This document shows, piece after piece, positions 10,401 through 23,087 of a DNA stretch of 64,000 bases; position 1 is the first letter of the stretch; the number at the start of each line of letters is the position of its first letter. A program made the translations under genes and the position numbers. Below the pieces are notes generated by a model, which saw only the letters and a program-made list of their open reading frames with translations, was not told the origin of the DNA and did not search any database. The stretch is from the human T2T-CHM13v2.0 reference genome, Homo sapiens, in the NCBI RefSeq assembly GCF_009914755.1, contig NC_060937.1; one strand, 5' to 3'.

Positions 10401-13400
10401 TAGAAAGGTTCAACTCTTTTAGTTGAGTACACACATCACAAACAAGTTTCTGAGAATGCTTCTGTCTGGCTTTTATTGGAAGACGTTTCCTTTTCACCAA
10501 AGGCATCAAAGCGCTCCAAATGTCCACTTCCAGATTCTTCCAAAAGAGTGTTTGAAACGTGCTCAAAGTAAGGGAATGTTCAACTCTGTGACTTGAATGC
10601 AGATATCACCAAGTAGTTTCTAATAGTGCTTCTGTCTAGATTTTAGATGATGATATTCCCGTTTCCAACGAAATCGTTAGAGCTATCCAAATATCCACTT
10701 ACAGTTGCTACAAAAACAGTGTTTCCAAACTGCTGCATCAAAAGAAAGGTTCAACTCTGTTAGTTGAGGTCACACGTCACAAAGAAGTTTGTGAGAATGC
10801 TTCTGTCTAGATTTTGTATGACGATATTCCCTTTTCCAACGATATCGTTAAAGCAATCTAAATATCCATTTGCAGAATCCACAAAAATAGAGTTTCAAAG
10901 CTGCTCTGTAAAAAGAAAGGTTCCACTCTGTTAGCTGAGTACACACATCACAAACTTGTTTCTCAGAATCCTTCTGTCTCGTTTTTATGGGAAGATATTT
11001 ACTTTTTCACCGTAGGCATCAAAGCGCTCCAAATGTCCACATCCAGATACTCCAGAAAGAGTGTTTCAAACCTGCTCTATGAAAGGGAATCTTCAACTCT
11101 ATGAGTTGAATGCAGACATCAGAAAGAAATTTCTGAGAATGCTGCTGTCTACCTTTTATTTGAATTCCCGCTTCCAACGAAATCCTCCAAGCTATCCAAA
11201 TATCCACTTGCAGATTCCACAAAAAGAGTGTTTCAAAACTGCTCTCTATCAATGGCAAAGTTCAACTCTGTTAGTTGAGGACACATATCACCAACAAGTT
11301 TCTGAGAATGCTTCTGTCTATTTTTTATGGGAAGATATTTCCTTTTTCACCGTAGGCGTCAAGGCGATCGAAATGTCCACTTCCACAAACTACAAAAAGA
11401 GTGTTTCAAACCTGCTCTATGAAAGGCCATGTTCATCTCTATGAGTCGAATGGAAATATCCGAAAGAAATTTCTGGGAATGCTGCTGTCTAGTTTTTATA
11501 CGAATTCCCGCTTCCAACGAAATCCTCAAAGCAATCCAAATATCCACTTGCAGAATCCACAAAAAGAGTGTTTCAAAACTGCTCTATCAATAGAAAGGTT
11601 CAACTCTTTTAGTTGAGTACACACATCACAAACAAGTTTCTGAGAATGCTTCTGTCTGGCTTTTATTGGAAGACGTTTCCTTTTCACCAAAGGCATCAAA
11701 GCGCTCCAAATGTCCACTTCCAGATTCTTCCAAAAGAGTGTTTGAAACGTGCTCAAAGTAAGGGAATGTTCAACTCTGTGACTTGAATGCAGATATCACC
11801 AAGTAGTTTCTAATAGTGCTTCTGTCTAGATTTTAGATGATGATATTCCCGTTTCCAACGAAATCGTTAGAGCTATCCAAATATCCACTTACAGTTGCTA
11901 CAAAAACAGTGTTTCCAAACTGCTGCATCAAAAGAAAGGTTCAACTCTGTTAGTTGAGGTCACACGTCACAAAGAAGTTTGTGAGAATGCTTCTGTCTAG
12001 ATTTTGTATGACGATATTCCCTTTTCCAACGATATCGTTAAAGCAATCTAAATATCCATTTGCAGAATCCACAAAAATAGAGTTTCAAAGCTGCTCTGTA
12101 AAAAGAAAGGTTCCACTCTGTTAGCTGAGTACACACATCACAAACTTGTTTCTCAGAATCCTTCTGTCTCGTTTTTCTGGGAAGATATTTACTTTTTCAC
12201 CGTAGGCATCAAAGCGCTCCAAATGTCCACATCCAGATACTCCAGAAAGAGTGTTTCAAACCTGCTCTATGAAAGGGAATCTTCAACTCTATGAGTTGAA
12301 TGCAGACATCAGAAAGAAATTTCTGAGAATGCTGCTGTCTACCTTTTATTTGAATTCCCGCTTCCAACGAAATCCTCCAAGCTATCCAAATATCCACTTG
12401 CAGATTCCACAAAAAGAGTGTTTCAAAACTGCTCTCTATCAATGGCAAAGTTCAACTCTGTTAGTTGAGGACACATATCACCAACAAGTTTCTGAGAATG
12501 CTTCTGTCTATTTTTTATGGGAAGATATTTCCTTTTTCACCGTAGGCGTCAAGGCGATCGAAATGTCCACTTCCACAAACTACAAAAAGAGTGTTTCAAA
12601 CCTGCTCTATGAAAGGCCATGTTCATCTCTATGAGTCGAATGGAAATATCCGAAAGAAATTTCTGGGAATGCTGCTGTCTAGTTTTTATACGAATTCCCG
12701 CTTCCAACGAAATCCTCAAAGCAATCCAAATATCCACTTGCAGAATCCACAAAAAGAGTGTTTCAAAACTGCTCTATCAATAGAAAGGTTCAACTCTTTT
12801 AGTTGAGTACACACATCACAAACAAGTTTCTGAGAATGCTTCTGTCTGGCTTTTATTGGAAGACGTTTCCTTTTCACCAAAGGCATCAAAGCGCTCCAAA
12901 TGTCCACTTCCAGATTCTTCCAAAAGAGTGTTTGAAACGTGCTCAAAGTAAGGGAATGTTCAACTCTGTGACTTGAATGCAGATATCACCAAGTAGTTTC
13001 TAATAGTGCTTCTGTCTAGATTTTAGATGATGATATTCCCGTTTCCAACGAAATCGTTAGAGCTATCCAAATATCCACTTACAGTTGCTACAAAAACAGT
13101 GTTTCCAAACTGCTGCATCAAAAGAAAGGTTCAACTCTGTTAGTTGAGGTCACACGTCACAAAGAAGTTTGTGAGAATGCTTCTGTCTAGATTTTGTATG
13201 ACGATATTCCCTTTTCCAACGATATCGTTAAAGCAATCTAAATATCCATTTGCAGAATCCACAAAAATAGAGTTTCAAAGCTGCTCTGTAAAAAGAAAGG
13301 TTCCACTCTGTTAGCTGAGTACACACATCACAAACTTGTTTCTCAGAATCCTTCTGTCTCGTTTTTATGGGAAGATATTTACTTTTTCACCGTAGGCATC

Positions 13401-15778
13401 AAAGCGCTCCAAATGTCCACATCCAGATACTCCAGAAAGAGTGTTTCAAACCTGCTCTATGAAAGGGAATCTTCAACTCTATGAGTTGAATGCAGACATC
13501 AGAAAGAAATTTCTGAGAATGCTGCTGTCTACCTTTTATTTGAATTCCCGCTTCCAACGAAATCCTCCAAGCTATCCAAATATCCACTTGCAGATTCCAC
13601 AAAAAGAGTGTTTCAAAACTGCTCTCTATCAATGGCAAAGTTCAACTCTGTTAGTTGAGGACACATATCACCAACAAGTTTCTGAGAATGCTTCTGTCTA
13701 TTTTTTATGGGAAGATATTTCCTTTTTCACCGTAGGCGTCAAGGCGATCGAAATGTCCACTTCCACAAACTACAAAAAGAGTGTTTCAAACCTGCTCTAT
13801 GAAAGGCCATGTTCATCTCTATGAGTCGAATGGAAATATCCGAAAGAAATTTCTGGGAATGCTGCTGTCTAGTTTTTATACGAATTCCCGCTTCCAACGA
13901 AATCCTCAAAGCAATCCAAATATCCACTTGCAGAATCCACAAAAAGAGTGTTTCAAAACTGCTCTATCAATAGAAAGGTTCAACTCTTTTAGTTGAGTAC
14001 ACACATCACAAACAAGTTTCTGAGAATGCTTCTGTCTGGCTTTTATTGGAAGACGTTTCCTTTTCACCAAAGGCATCAAAGCGCTCCAAATGTCCACTTC
14101 CAGATTCTTCCAAAAGAGTGTTTGAAACGTGCTCAAAGTAAGGGAATGTTCAACTCTGTGACTTGAATGCAGATATCACCAAGTAGTTTCTAATAGTGCT
14201 TCTGTCTAGATTTTAGATGATGATATTCCCGTTTCCAACGAAATCGTTAGAGCTATCCAAATATCCACTTACAGTTTCTACAAAAAGAGTGTTTCCAAAC
14301 TGCTGCATCAAAAGAAAGGTTCAACTCTGTTAGTTGAGGACACACGTCACAAAGAAGTTTGTGAGAATGCTTCTGTCTAGATTTTGTATGACGATATTCC
14401 CTTTTCCAACGATATCGTTAAAGCAATCTAAATATCCATTTGCAGAATCCACAAAAATAGAGTTTCAAAGCTGCTCTGTAAAAAGAAAGGTTCCACTCTG
14501 TTAGCTGAGTACACACATCACAAACTTGTTTCTCAGAATCCTTCTGTCTCGTTTTTCTGGGAAGATATTTACTTTTTCACCGTAGGCATCAAAGCGCTCC
14601 AAATGTCCACATCCAGATACTCCAGAAAGAGTGTTTCAAACCTGCTCTATGAAAGGGAATCTTCAACTCTATGAGTTGAATGCAGACATCAGAAAGAAAT
14701 TTCTGAGAATGCTGCTGTCTACCTTTTATTTGAATTCCCGCTTCCAACGAAATCCTCCAAGCTATCCAAATATCCACTTGCAGATTCCACAAAAAGAGTG
14801 TTTCAAAACTGCTCTCTATCAATGGCAAAGTTCAACTCTGTTAGTTGAGGACACATATCACCAACAAGTTTCTGAGAATGCTTCTGTCTATTTTTTATGG
14901 GAAGATATTTCCTTTTTCACCGTAGGCGTCAAGGCGATCGAAATGTCCACTTCCACAAACTACAAAAAGAGTGTTTCAAACCTGCTCTATGAAAGGCCAT
15001 GTTCATCTCTATGAGTCGAATGGAAATATCCGAAAGAAATTTCTGGGAATGCTGCTGTCTAGTTTTTATACGAATTCCCGCTTCCAACGAAATCCTCAAA
15101 GCAATCCAAATATCCACTTGCAGAATCCACAAAAAGAGTGTTTCAAAACTGCTCTATCAATAGAAAGGTTCAACTCTTTTAGTTGAGTACACACATCACA
15201 AACAAGTTTCTGAGAATGCTTCTGTCTGGCTTTTATTGGAAGACGTTTCCTTTTCACCAAAGGCATCAAAGCGCTCCAAATGTCCACTTCCAGATTCTTC
15301 CAAAAGAGTGTTTGAAACGTGCTCAAAGTAAGGGAATGTTCAACTCTGTGACTTGAATGCAGATATCACCAAGTAGTTTCTAATAGTGCTTCTGTCTAGA
15401 TTTTAGATGATGATATTCCCGTTTCCAACGAAATCGTTAGAGCTATCCAAATATCCACTTACAGTTTCTACAAAAAGAGTGTTTCCAAACTGCTGCATCA
15501 AAAGAAAGGTTCAACTCTGTTAGTTGAGGACACACATCACAAAGAAGTTTGTGAGAATGCTTCTGTCTAGATTTTGTATGACCATATTCCCTTTTCCAGC
15601 GATATCATTAAAGCAATCTAAATATCCATTTGCAGAATCCACAAAAATAGAGTTTCAAAGCTGCTCTGTAAAAAGAAAGGTTCCACTCTGTTAGCTGAGT
15701 ACACACATCACAAACTTGTTTCTCAGAATCCTTCTGTCTCGTTTTTATGGGAAGATATTTACTTTTTCACCGTAGGCA

Positions 15779-16458
15779 TCAAAGCGCTCCAAATGTCCAC
15801 ATCCAGATACTCCAGAAAGAGTGTTTCAAACCTGCTCTATGAAAGGGAATCTTCAACTCTATGAGTTGAATGCAGACATCAGAAAGAAATTTCTGAGAAT
15901 GCTGCTGTCTACCTTTTATTTGAATTCCCGCTTCCAACGAAATCCTCCAAGCTATCCAAATATCCACCTGCATTTTCCACAAAAAGAGCGTTTCAAAACT
16001 GCTCTATCAATAGAAATGTTCAACTCCTTTGGCTGGGTACACACATCACAAACAAGTTTCTGAGAATGCTTCTGTCTAGTTTTTATGGGAAGACATTCCC
16101 TTTTTCACCAAAGGCATCAAAGCGCTCCAAATGTCCACTTCCAGACACTACAAAAAGAGTGTTTCCAACGTGCTCTAAGAAAGCGAATGTTCAACTCTGT
16201 GACTTGAATGCAGATATCACAAAGTAGTTTCTGAGAGGGCTTCTGTCTAGATTTTAGATGATGATATTCCCGTTTCCAACGAAATCATTAGAGCTATCCA
16301 AATATCCACTTACAGTTTCTACAAAAAGAGTGTTTCCAAACTGCTGCATCAAAAGAGAGGTTCCACTCTGTTAGCTGAGTACACACATCACAAACTTGTT
16401 TCTCAGAATCCTTCTGTCTCGTTTTTCTGGGAAGATATTTACTTTTTCACCGTAGGCA
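15779..16458 (-). repeat. 4-mer block, haplotype A (680 bp)
   Basis: Haplotype A markers; tctaga intact. Confidence 0.9.
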
Positions 16459-19400
16459 TCAAAGCGCTCCAAATGTCCACATCCAGATACTCCAGAAAGA
16501 GTGTTTCAAACCTGCTCTATGAAAGGGAATCTTCAACTCTATGAGTTGAATGCAGACATCAGAAAGAAATTTCTGAGAATGCTGCTGTCTACCTTTTATT
16601 TGAATTCCCGCTTCCAACGAAATCCTCCAAGCTATCCAAATATCCACTTGCAGATTCCACAAAAAGAGTGTTTCAAAACTGCTCTCTATCAATGGCAAAG
16701 TTCAACTCTGTTAGTTGAGGACACATATCACCAACAAGTTTCTGAGAATGCTTCTGTCTATTTTTTATGGGAAGATATTTCCTTTTTCACCGTAGGCGTC
16801 AAGGCGATCGAAATGTCCACTTCCACAAACTACAAAAAGAGTGTTTCAAACCTGCTCTATGAAAGGCCATGTTCATCTCTATGAGTCGAATGGAAATATC
16901 CGAAAGAAATTTCTGGGAATGCTGCTGTCTAGTTTTTATACGAATTCCCGCTTCCAACGAAATCCTCAAAGCAATCCAAATATCCACTTGCAGAATCCAC
17001 AAAAAGAGTGTTTCAAAACTGCTCTATCAATAGAAAGGTTCAACTCTTTTAGTTGAGTACACACATCACAAACAAGTTTCTGAGAATGCTTCTGTCTGGC
17101 TTTTATTGGAAGACGTTTCCTTTTCACCAAAGGCATCAAAGCGCTCCAAATGTCCACTTCCAGATTCTTCCAAAAGAGTGTTTGAAACGTGCTCAAAGTA
17201 AGGGAATGTTCAACTCTGTGACTTGAATGCAGATATCACCAAGTAGTTTCTAATAGTGCTTCTGTCTAGATTTTAGATGATGATATTCCCGTTTCCAACG
17301 AAATCGTTAGAGCTATCCAAATATCCACTTACAGTTGCTACAAAAACAGTGTTTCCAAACTGCTGCATCAAAAGAAAGGTTCAACTCTGTTAGTTGAGGT
17401 CACACGTCACAAAGAAGTTTGTGAGAATGCTTCTGTCTAGATTTTGTATGACGATATTCCCTTTTCCAACGATATCGTTAAAGCAATCTAAATATCCATT
17501 TGCAGAATCCACAAAAATAGAGTTTCAAAGCTGCTCTGTAAAAAGAAAGGTTCCACTCTGTTAGCTGAGTACACACATCACAAACTTGTTTCTCAGAATC
17601 CTTCTGTCTCGTTTTTATGGGAAGATATTTACTTTTTCACCGTAGGCATCAAAGCGCTCCAAATGTCCACATCCAGATACTCCAGAAAGAGTGTTTCAAA
17701 CCTGCTCTATGAAAGGGAATCTTCAACTCTATGAGTTGAATGCAGACATCAGAAAGAAATTTCTGAGAATGCTGCTGTCTACCTTTTATTTGAATTCCCG
17801 CTTCCAACGAAATCCTCCAAGCTATCCAAATATCCACTTGCAGATTCCACAAAAAGAGTGTTTCAAAACTGCTCTCTATCAATGGCAAAGTTCAACTCTG
17901 TTAGTTGAGGACACATATCACCAACAAGTTTCTGAGAATGCTTCTGTCTATTTTTTATGGGAAGATATTTCCTTTTTCACCGTAGGCGTCAAGGCGATCG
18001 AAATGTCCACTTCCACAAACTACAAAAAGAGTGTTTCAAACCTGCTCTATGAAAGGCCATGTTCATCTCTATGAGTCGAATGGAAATATCCGAAAGAAAT
18101 TTCTGGGAATGCTGCTGTCTAGTTTTTATACGAATTCCCGCTTCCAACGAAATCCTCAAAGCAATCCAAATATCCACTTGCAGAATCCACAAAAAGAGTG
18201 TTTCAAAACTGCTCTATCAATAGAAAGGTTCAACTCTTTTAGTTGAGTACACACATCACAAACAAGTTTCTGAGAATGCTTCTGTCTGGCTTTTATTGGA
18301 AGACGTTTCCTTTTCACCAAAGGCATCAAAGCGCTCCAAATGTCCACTTCCAGATTCTTCCAAAAGAGTGTTTGAAACGTGCTCAAAGTAAGGGAATGTT
18401 CAACTCTGTGACTTGAATGCAGATATCACCAAGTAGTTTCTAATAGTGCTTCTGTCTAGATTTTAGATGATGATATTCCCGTTTCCAACGAAATCGTTAG
18501 AGCTATCCAAATATCCACTTACAGTTGCTACAAAAACAGTGTTTCCAAACTGCTGCATCAAAAGAAAGGTTCAACTCTGTTAGTTGAGGTCACACGTCAC
18601 AAAGAAGTTTGTGAGAATGCTTCTGTCTAGATTTTGTATGACGATATTCCCTTTTCCAACGATATCGTTAAAGCAATCTAAATATCCATTTGCAGAATCC
18701 ACAAAAATAGAGTTTCAAAGCTGCTCTGTAAAAAGAAAGGTTCCACTCTGTTAGCTGAGTACACACATCACAAACTTGTTTCTCAGAATCCTTCTGTCTC
18801 GTTTTTATGGGAAGATATTTACTTTTTCACCGTAGGCATCAAAGCGCTCCAAATGTCCACATCCAGATACTCCAGAAAGAGTGTTTCAAACCTGCTCTAT
18901 GAAAGGGAATCTTCAACTCTATGAGTTGAATGCAGACATCAGAAAGAAATTTCTGAGAATGCTGCTGTCTACCTTTTATTTGAATTCCCGCTTCCAACGA
19001 AATCCTCCAAGCTATCCAAATATCCACTTGCAGATTCCACAAAAAGAGTGTTTCAAAACTGCTCTCTATCAATGGCAAAGTTCAACTCTGTTAGTTGAGG
19101 ACACATATCACCAACAAGTTTCTGAGAATGCTTCTGTCTATTTTTTATGGGAAGATATTTCCTTTTTCACCGTAGGCGTCAAGGCGATCGAAATGTCCAC
19201 TTCCACAAACTACAAAAAGAGTGTTTCAAACCTGCTCTATGAAAGGCCATGTTCATCTCTATGAGTCGAATGGAAATATCCGAAAGAAATTTCTGGGAAT
19301 GCTGCTGTCTAGTTTTTATACGAATTCCCGCTTCCAACGAAATCCTCAAAGCAATCCAAATATCCACTTGCAGAATCCACAAAAAGAGTGTTTCAAAACT

Positions 19401-22400
19401 GCTCTATCAATAGAAAGGTTCAACTCTTTTAGTTGAGTACACACATCACAAACAAGTTTCTGAGAATGCTTCTGTCTGGCTTTTATTGGAAGACGTTTCC
19501 TTTTCACCAAAGGCATCAAAGCGCTCCAAATGTCCACTTCCAGATTCTTCCAAAAGAGTGTTTGAAACGTGCTCAAAGTAAGGGAATGTTCAACTCTGTG
19601 ACTTGAATGCAGATATCACCAAGTAGTTTCTAATAGTGCTTCTGTCTAGATTTTAGATGATGATATTCCCGTTTCCAACGAAATCGTTAGAGCTATCCAA
19701 ATATCCACTTACAGTTGCTACAAAAACAGTGTTTCCAAACTGCTGCATCAAAAGAAAGGTTCAACTCTGTTAGTTGAGGTCACACGTCACAAAGAAGTTT
19801 GTGAGAATGCTTCTGTCTAGATTTTGTATGACGATATTCCCTTTTCCAACGATATCGTTAAAGCAATCTAAATATCCATTTGCAGAATCCACAAAAATAG
19901 AGTTTCAAAGCTGCTCTGTAAAAAGAAAGGTTCCACTCTGTTAGCTGAGTACACACATCACAAACTTGTTTCTCAGAATCCTTCTGTCTCGTTTTTATGG
20001 GAAGATATTTACTTTTTCACCGTAGGCATCAAAGCGCTCCAAATGTCCACATCCAGATACTCCAGAAAGAGTGTTTCAAACCTGCTCTATGAAAGGGAAT
20101 CTTCAACTCTATGAGTTGAATGCAGACATCAGAAAGAAATTTCTGAGAATGCTGCTGTCTACCTTTTATTTGAATTCCCGCTTCCAACGAAATCCTCCAA
20201 GCTATCCAAATATCCACTTGCAGATTCCACAAAAAGAGTGTTTCAAAACTGCTCTCTATCAATGGCAAAGTTCAACTCTGTTAGTTGAGGACACATATCA
20301 CCAACAAGTTTCTGAGAATGCTTCTGTCTATTTTTTATGGGAAGATATTTCCTTTTTCACCGTAGGCGTCAAGGCGATCGAAATGTCCACTTCCACAAAC
20401 TACAAAAAGAGTGTTTCAAACCTGCTCTATGAAAGGCCATGTTCATCTCTATGAGTCGAATGGAAATATCCGAAAGAAATTTCTGGGAATGCTGCTGTCT
20501 AGTTTTTATACGAATTCCCGCTTCCAACGAAATCCTCAAAGCAATCCAAATATCCACTTGCAGAATCCACAAAAAGAGTGTTTCAAAACTGCTCTATCAA
20601 TAGAAAGGTTCAACTCTTTTAGTTGAGTACACACATCACAAACAAGTTTCTGAGAATGCTTCTGTCTGGCTTTTATTGGAAGACGTTTCCTTTTCACCAA
20701 AGGCATCAAAGCGCTCCAAATGTCCACTTCCAGATTCTTCCAAAAGAGTGTTTGAAACGTGCTCAAAGTAAGGGAATGTTCAACTCTGTGACTTGAATGC
20801 AGATATCACCAAGTAGTTTCTAATAGTGCTTCTGTCTAGATTTTAGATGATGATATTCCCGTTTCCAACGAAATCGTTAGAGCTATCCAAATATCCACTT
20901 ACAGTTGCTACAAAAACAGTGTTTCCAAACTGCTGCATCAAAAGAAAGGTTCAACTCTGTTAGTTGAGGTCACACGTCACAAAGAAGTTTGTGAGAATGC
21001 TTCTGTCTAGATTTTGTATGACGATATTCCCTTTTCCAACGATATCGTTAAAGCAATCTAAATATCCATTTGCAGAATCCACAAAAATAGAGTTTCAAAG
21101 CTGCTCTGTAAAAAGAAAGGTTCCACTCTGTTAGCTGAGTACACACATCACAAACTTGTTTCTCAGAATCCTTCTGTCTCGTTTTTCTGGGAAGATATTT
21201 ACTTTTTCACCGTAGGCATCAAAGCGCTCCAAATGTCCACATCCAGATACTCCAGAAAGAGTGTTTCAAACCTGCTCTATGAAAGGGAATCTTCAACTCT
21301 ATGAGTTGAATGCAGACATCAGAAAGAAATTTCTGAGAATGCTGCTGTCTACCTTTTATTTGAATTCCCGCTTCCAACGAAATCCTCCAAGCTATCCAAA
21401 TATCCACTTGCAGATTCCACAAAAAGAGTGTTTCAAAACTGCTCTCTATCAATGGCAAAGTTCAACTCTGTTAGTTGAGGACACATATCACCAACAAGTT
21501 TCTGAGAATGCTTCTGTCTATTTTTTATGGGAAGATATTTCCTTTTTCACCGTAGGCGTCAAGGCGATCGAAATGTCCACTTCCACAAACTACAAAAAGA
21601 GTGTTTCAAACCTGCTCTATGAAAGGCCATGTTCATCTCTATGAGTCGAATGGAAATATCCGAAAAAATTTCTGGGAATGCTGCTGTCTAGTTTTTATAC
21701 GAATTCCCGCTTCCAACGAAATCCTCAAAGCAATCCAAATATCCACTTGCAGAATCCACAAAAAGAGTGTTTCAAAACTGCTCTATCAATAGAAAGGTTC
21801 AACTCTTTTAGTTGAGTACACACATCACAAACAAGTTTCTGAGAATGCTTCTGTCTGGCTTTTATTGGAAGACGTTTCCTTTTCACCAAAGGCATCAAAG
21901 CGCTCCAAATGTCCACTTCCAGATTCTTCCAAAAGAGTGTTTGAAACGTGCTCAAAGTAAGGGAATGTTCAACTCTGTGACTTGAATGCAGATATCACCA
22001 AGTAGTTTCTAATAGTGCTTCTGTCTAGATTTTAGATGATGATATTCCCGTTTCCAACGAAATCGTTAGAGCTATCCAAATATCCACTTACAGTTGCTAC
22101 AAAAAGAGTGTTTCCAAACTGCTGCATCAAAAGAAAGGTTCAACTCTGTTAGTTGAGGACACACATCACAAAGAAGTTTGTGAGAATGCTTCTGTCTAGA
22201 TTTTGTATGACCATATTCCCTTTTCCAGCGATATCATTAAAGCAATCTAAATATCCATTTGCAGAATCCACAAAAATAGAGTTTCAAAGCTGCTCTGTAA
22301 AAAGAAAGGTTCCACTCTGTTAGCTGAGTACACACATCACAAACTTGTTTCTCAGAATCCTTCTGTCTCGTTTTTATGGGAAGATATTTACTTTTTCACC

Positions 22401-22407
22401 GTAGGCA

Positions 22408-23087
22408 TCAAAGCGCTCCAAATGTCCACATCCAGATACTCCAGAAAGAGTGTTTCAAACCTGCTCTATGAAAGGGAATCTTCAACTCTATGAGTTGAAT
22501 GCAGACATCAGAAAGAAATTTCTGAGAATGCTGCTGTCTACCTTTTATTTGAATTCCCGCTTCCAACGAAATCCTCCAAGCTATCCAAATATCCACCTGC
22601 ATTTTCCACAAAAAGAGCGTTTCAAAACTGCTCTATCAATAGAAATGTTCAACTCCTTTGGCTGGGTACACACATCACAAACAAGTTTCTGAGAATGCTT
22701 CTGTCTAGTTTTTATGGGAAGACATTCCCTTTTTCACCAAAGGCATCAAAGCGCTCCAAATGTCCACTTCCAGACACTACAAAAAGAGTGTTTCCAACGT
22801 GCTCTAAGAAAGCGAATGTTCAACTCTGTGACTTGAATGCAGATATCACAAAGTAGTTTCTGAGAGGGCTTCTGTCTAGATTTTAGATGATGATATTCCC
22901 GTTTCCAACGAAATCATTAGAGCTATCCAAATATCCACTTACAGTTTCTACAAAAAGAGTGTTTCCAAACTGCTGCATCAAAAGAGAGGTTCCACTCTGT
23001 TAGCTGAGTACACACATCACAAACTTGTTTCTCAGAATCCTTCTGTCTCGTTTTTCTGGGAAGATATTTACTTTTTCACCGTAGGCA
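22408..23087 (-). repeat. 4-mer block, haplotype A (680 bp)
   Basis: Haplotype A markers. Confidence 0.9.
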
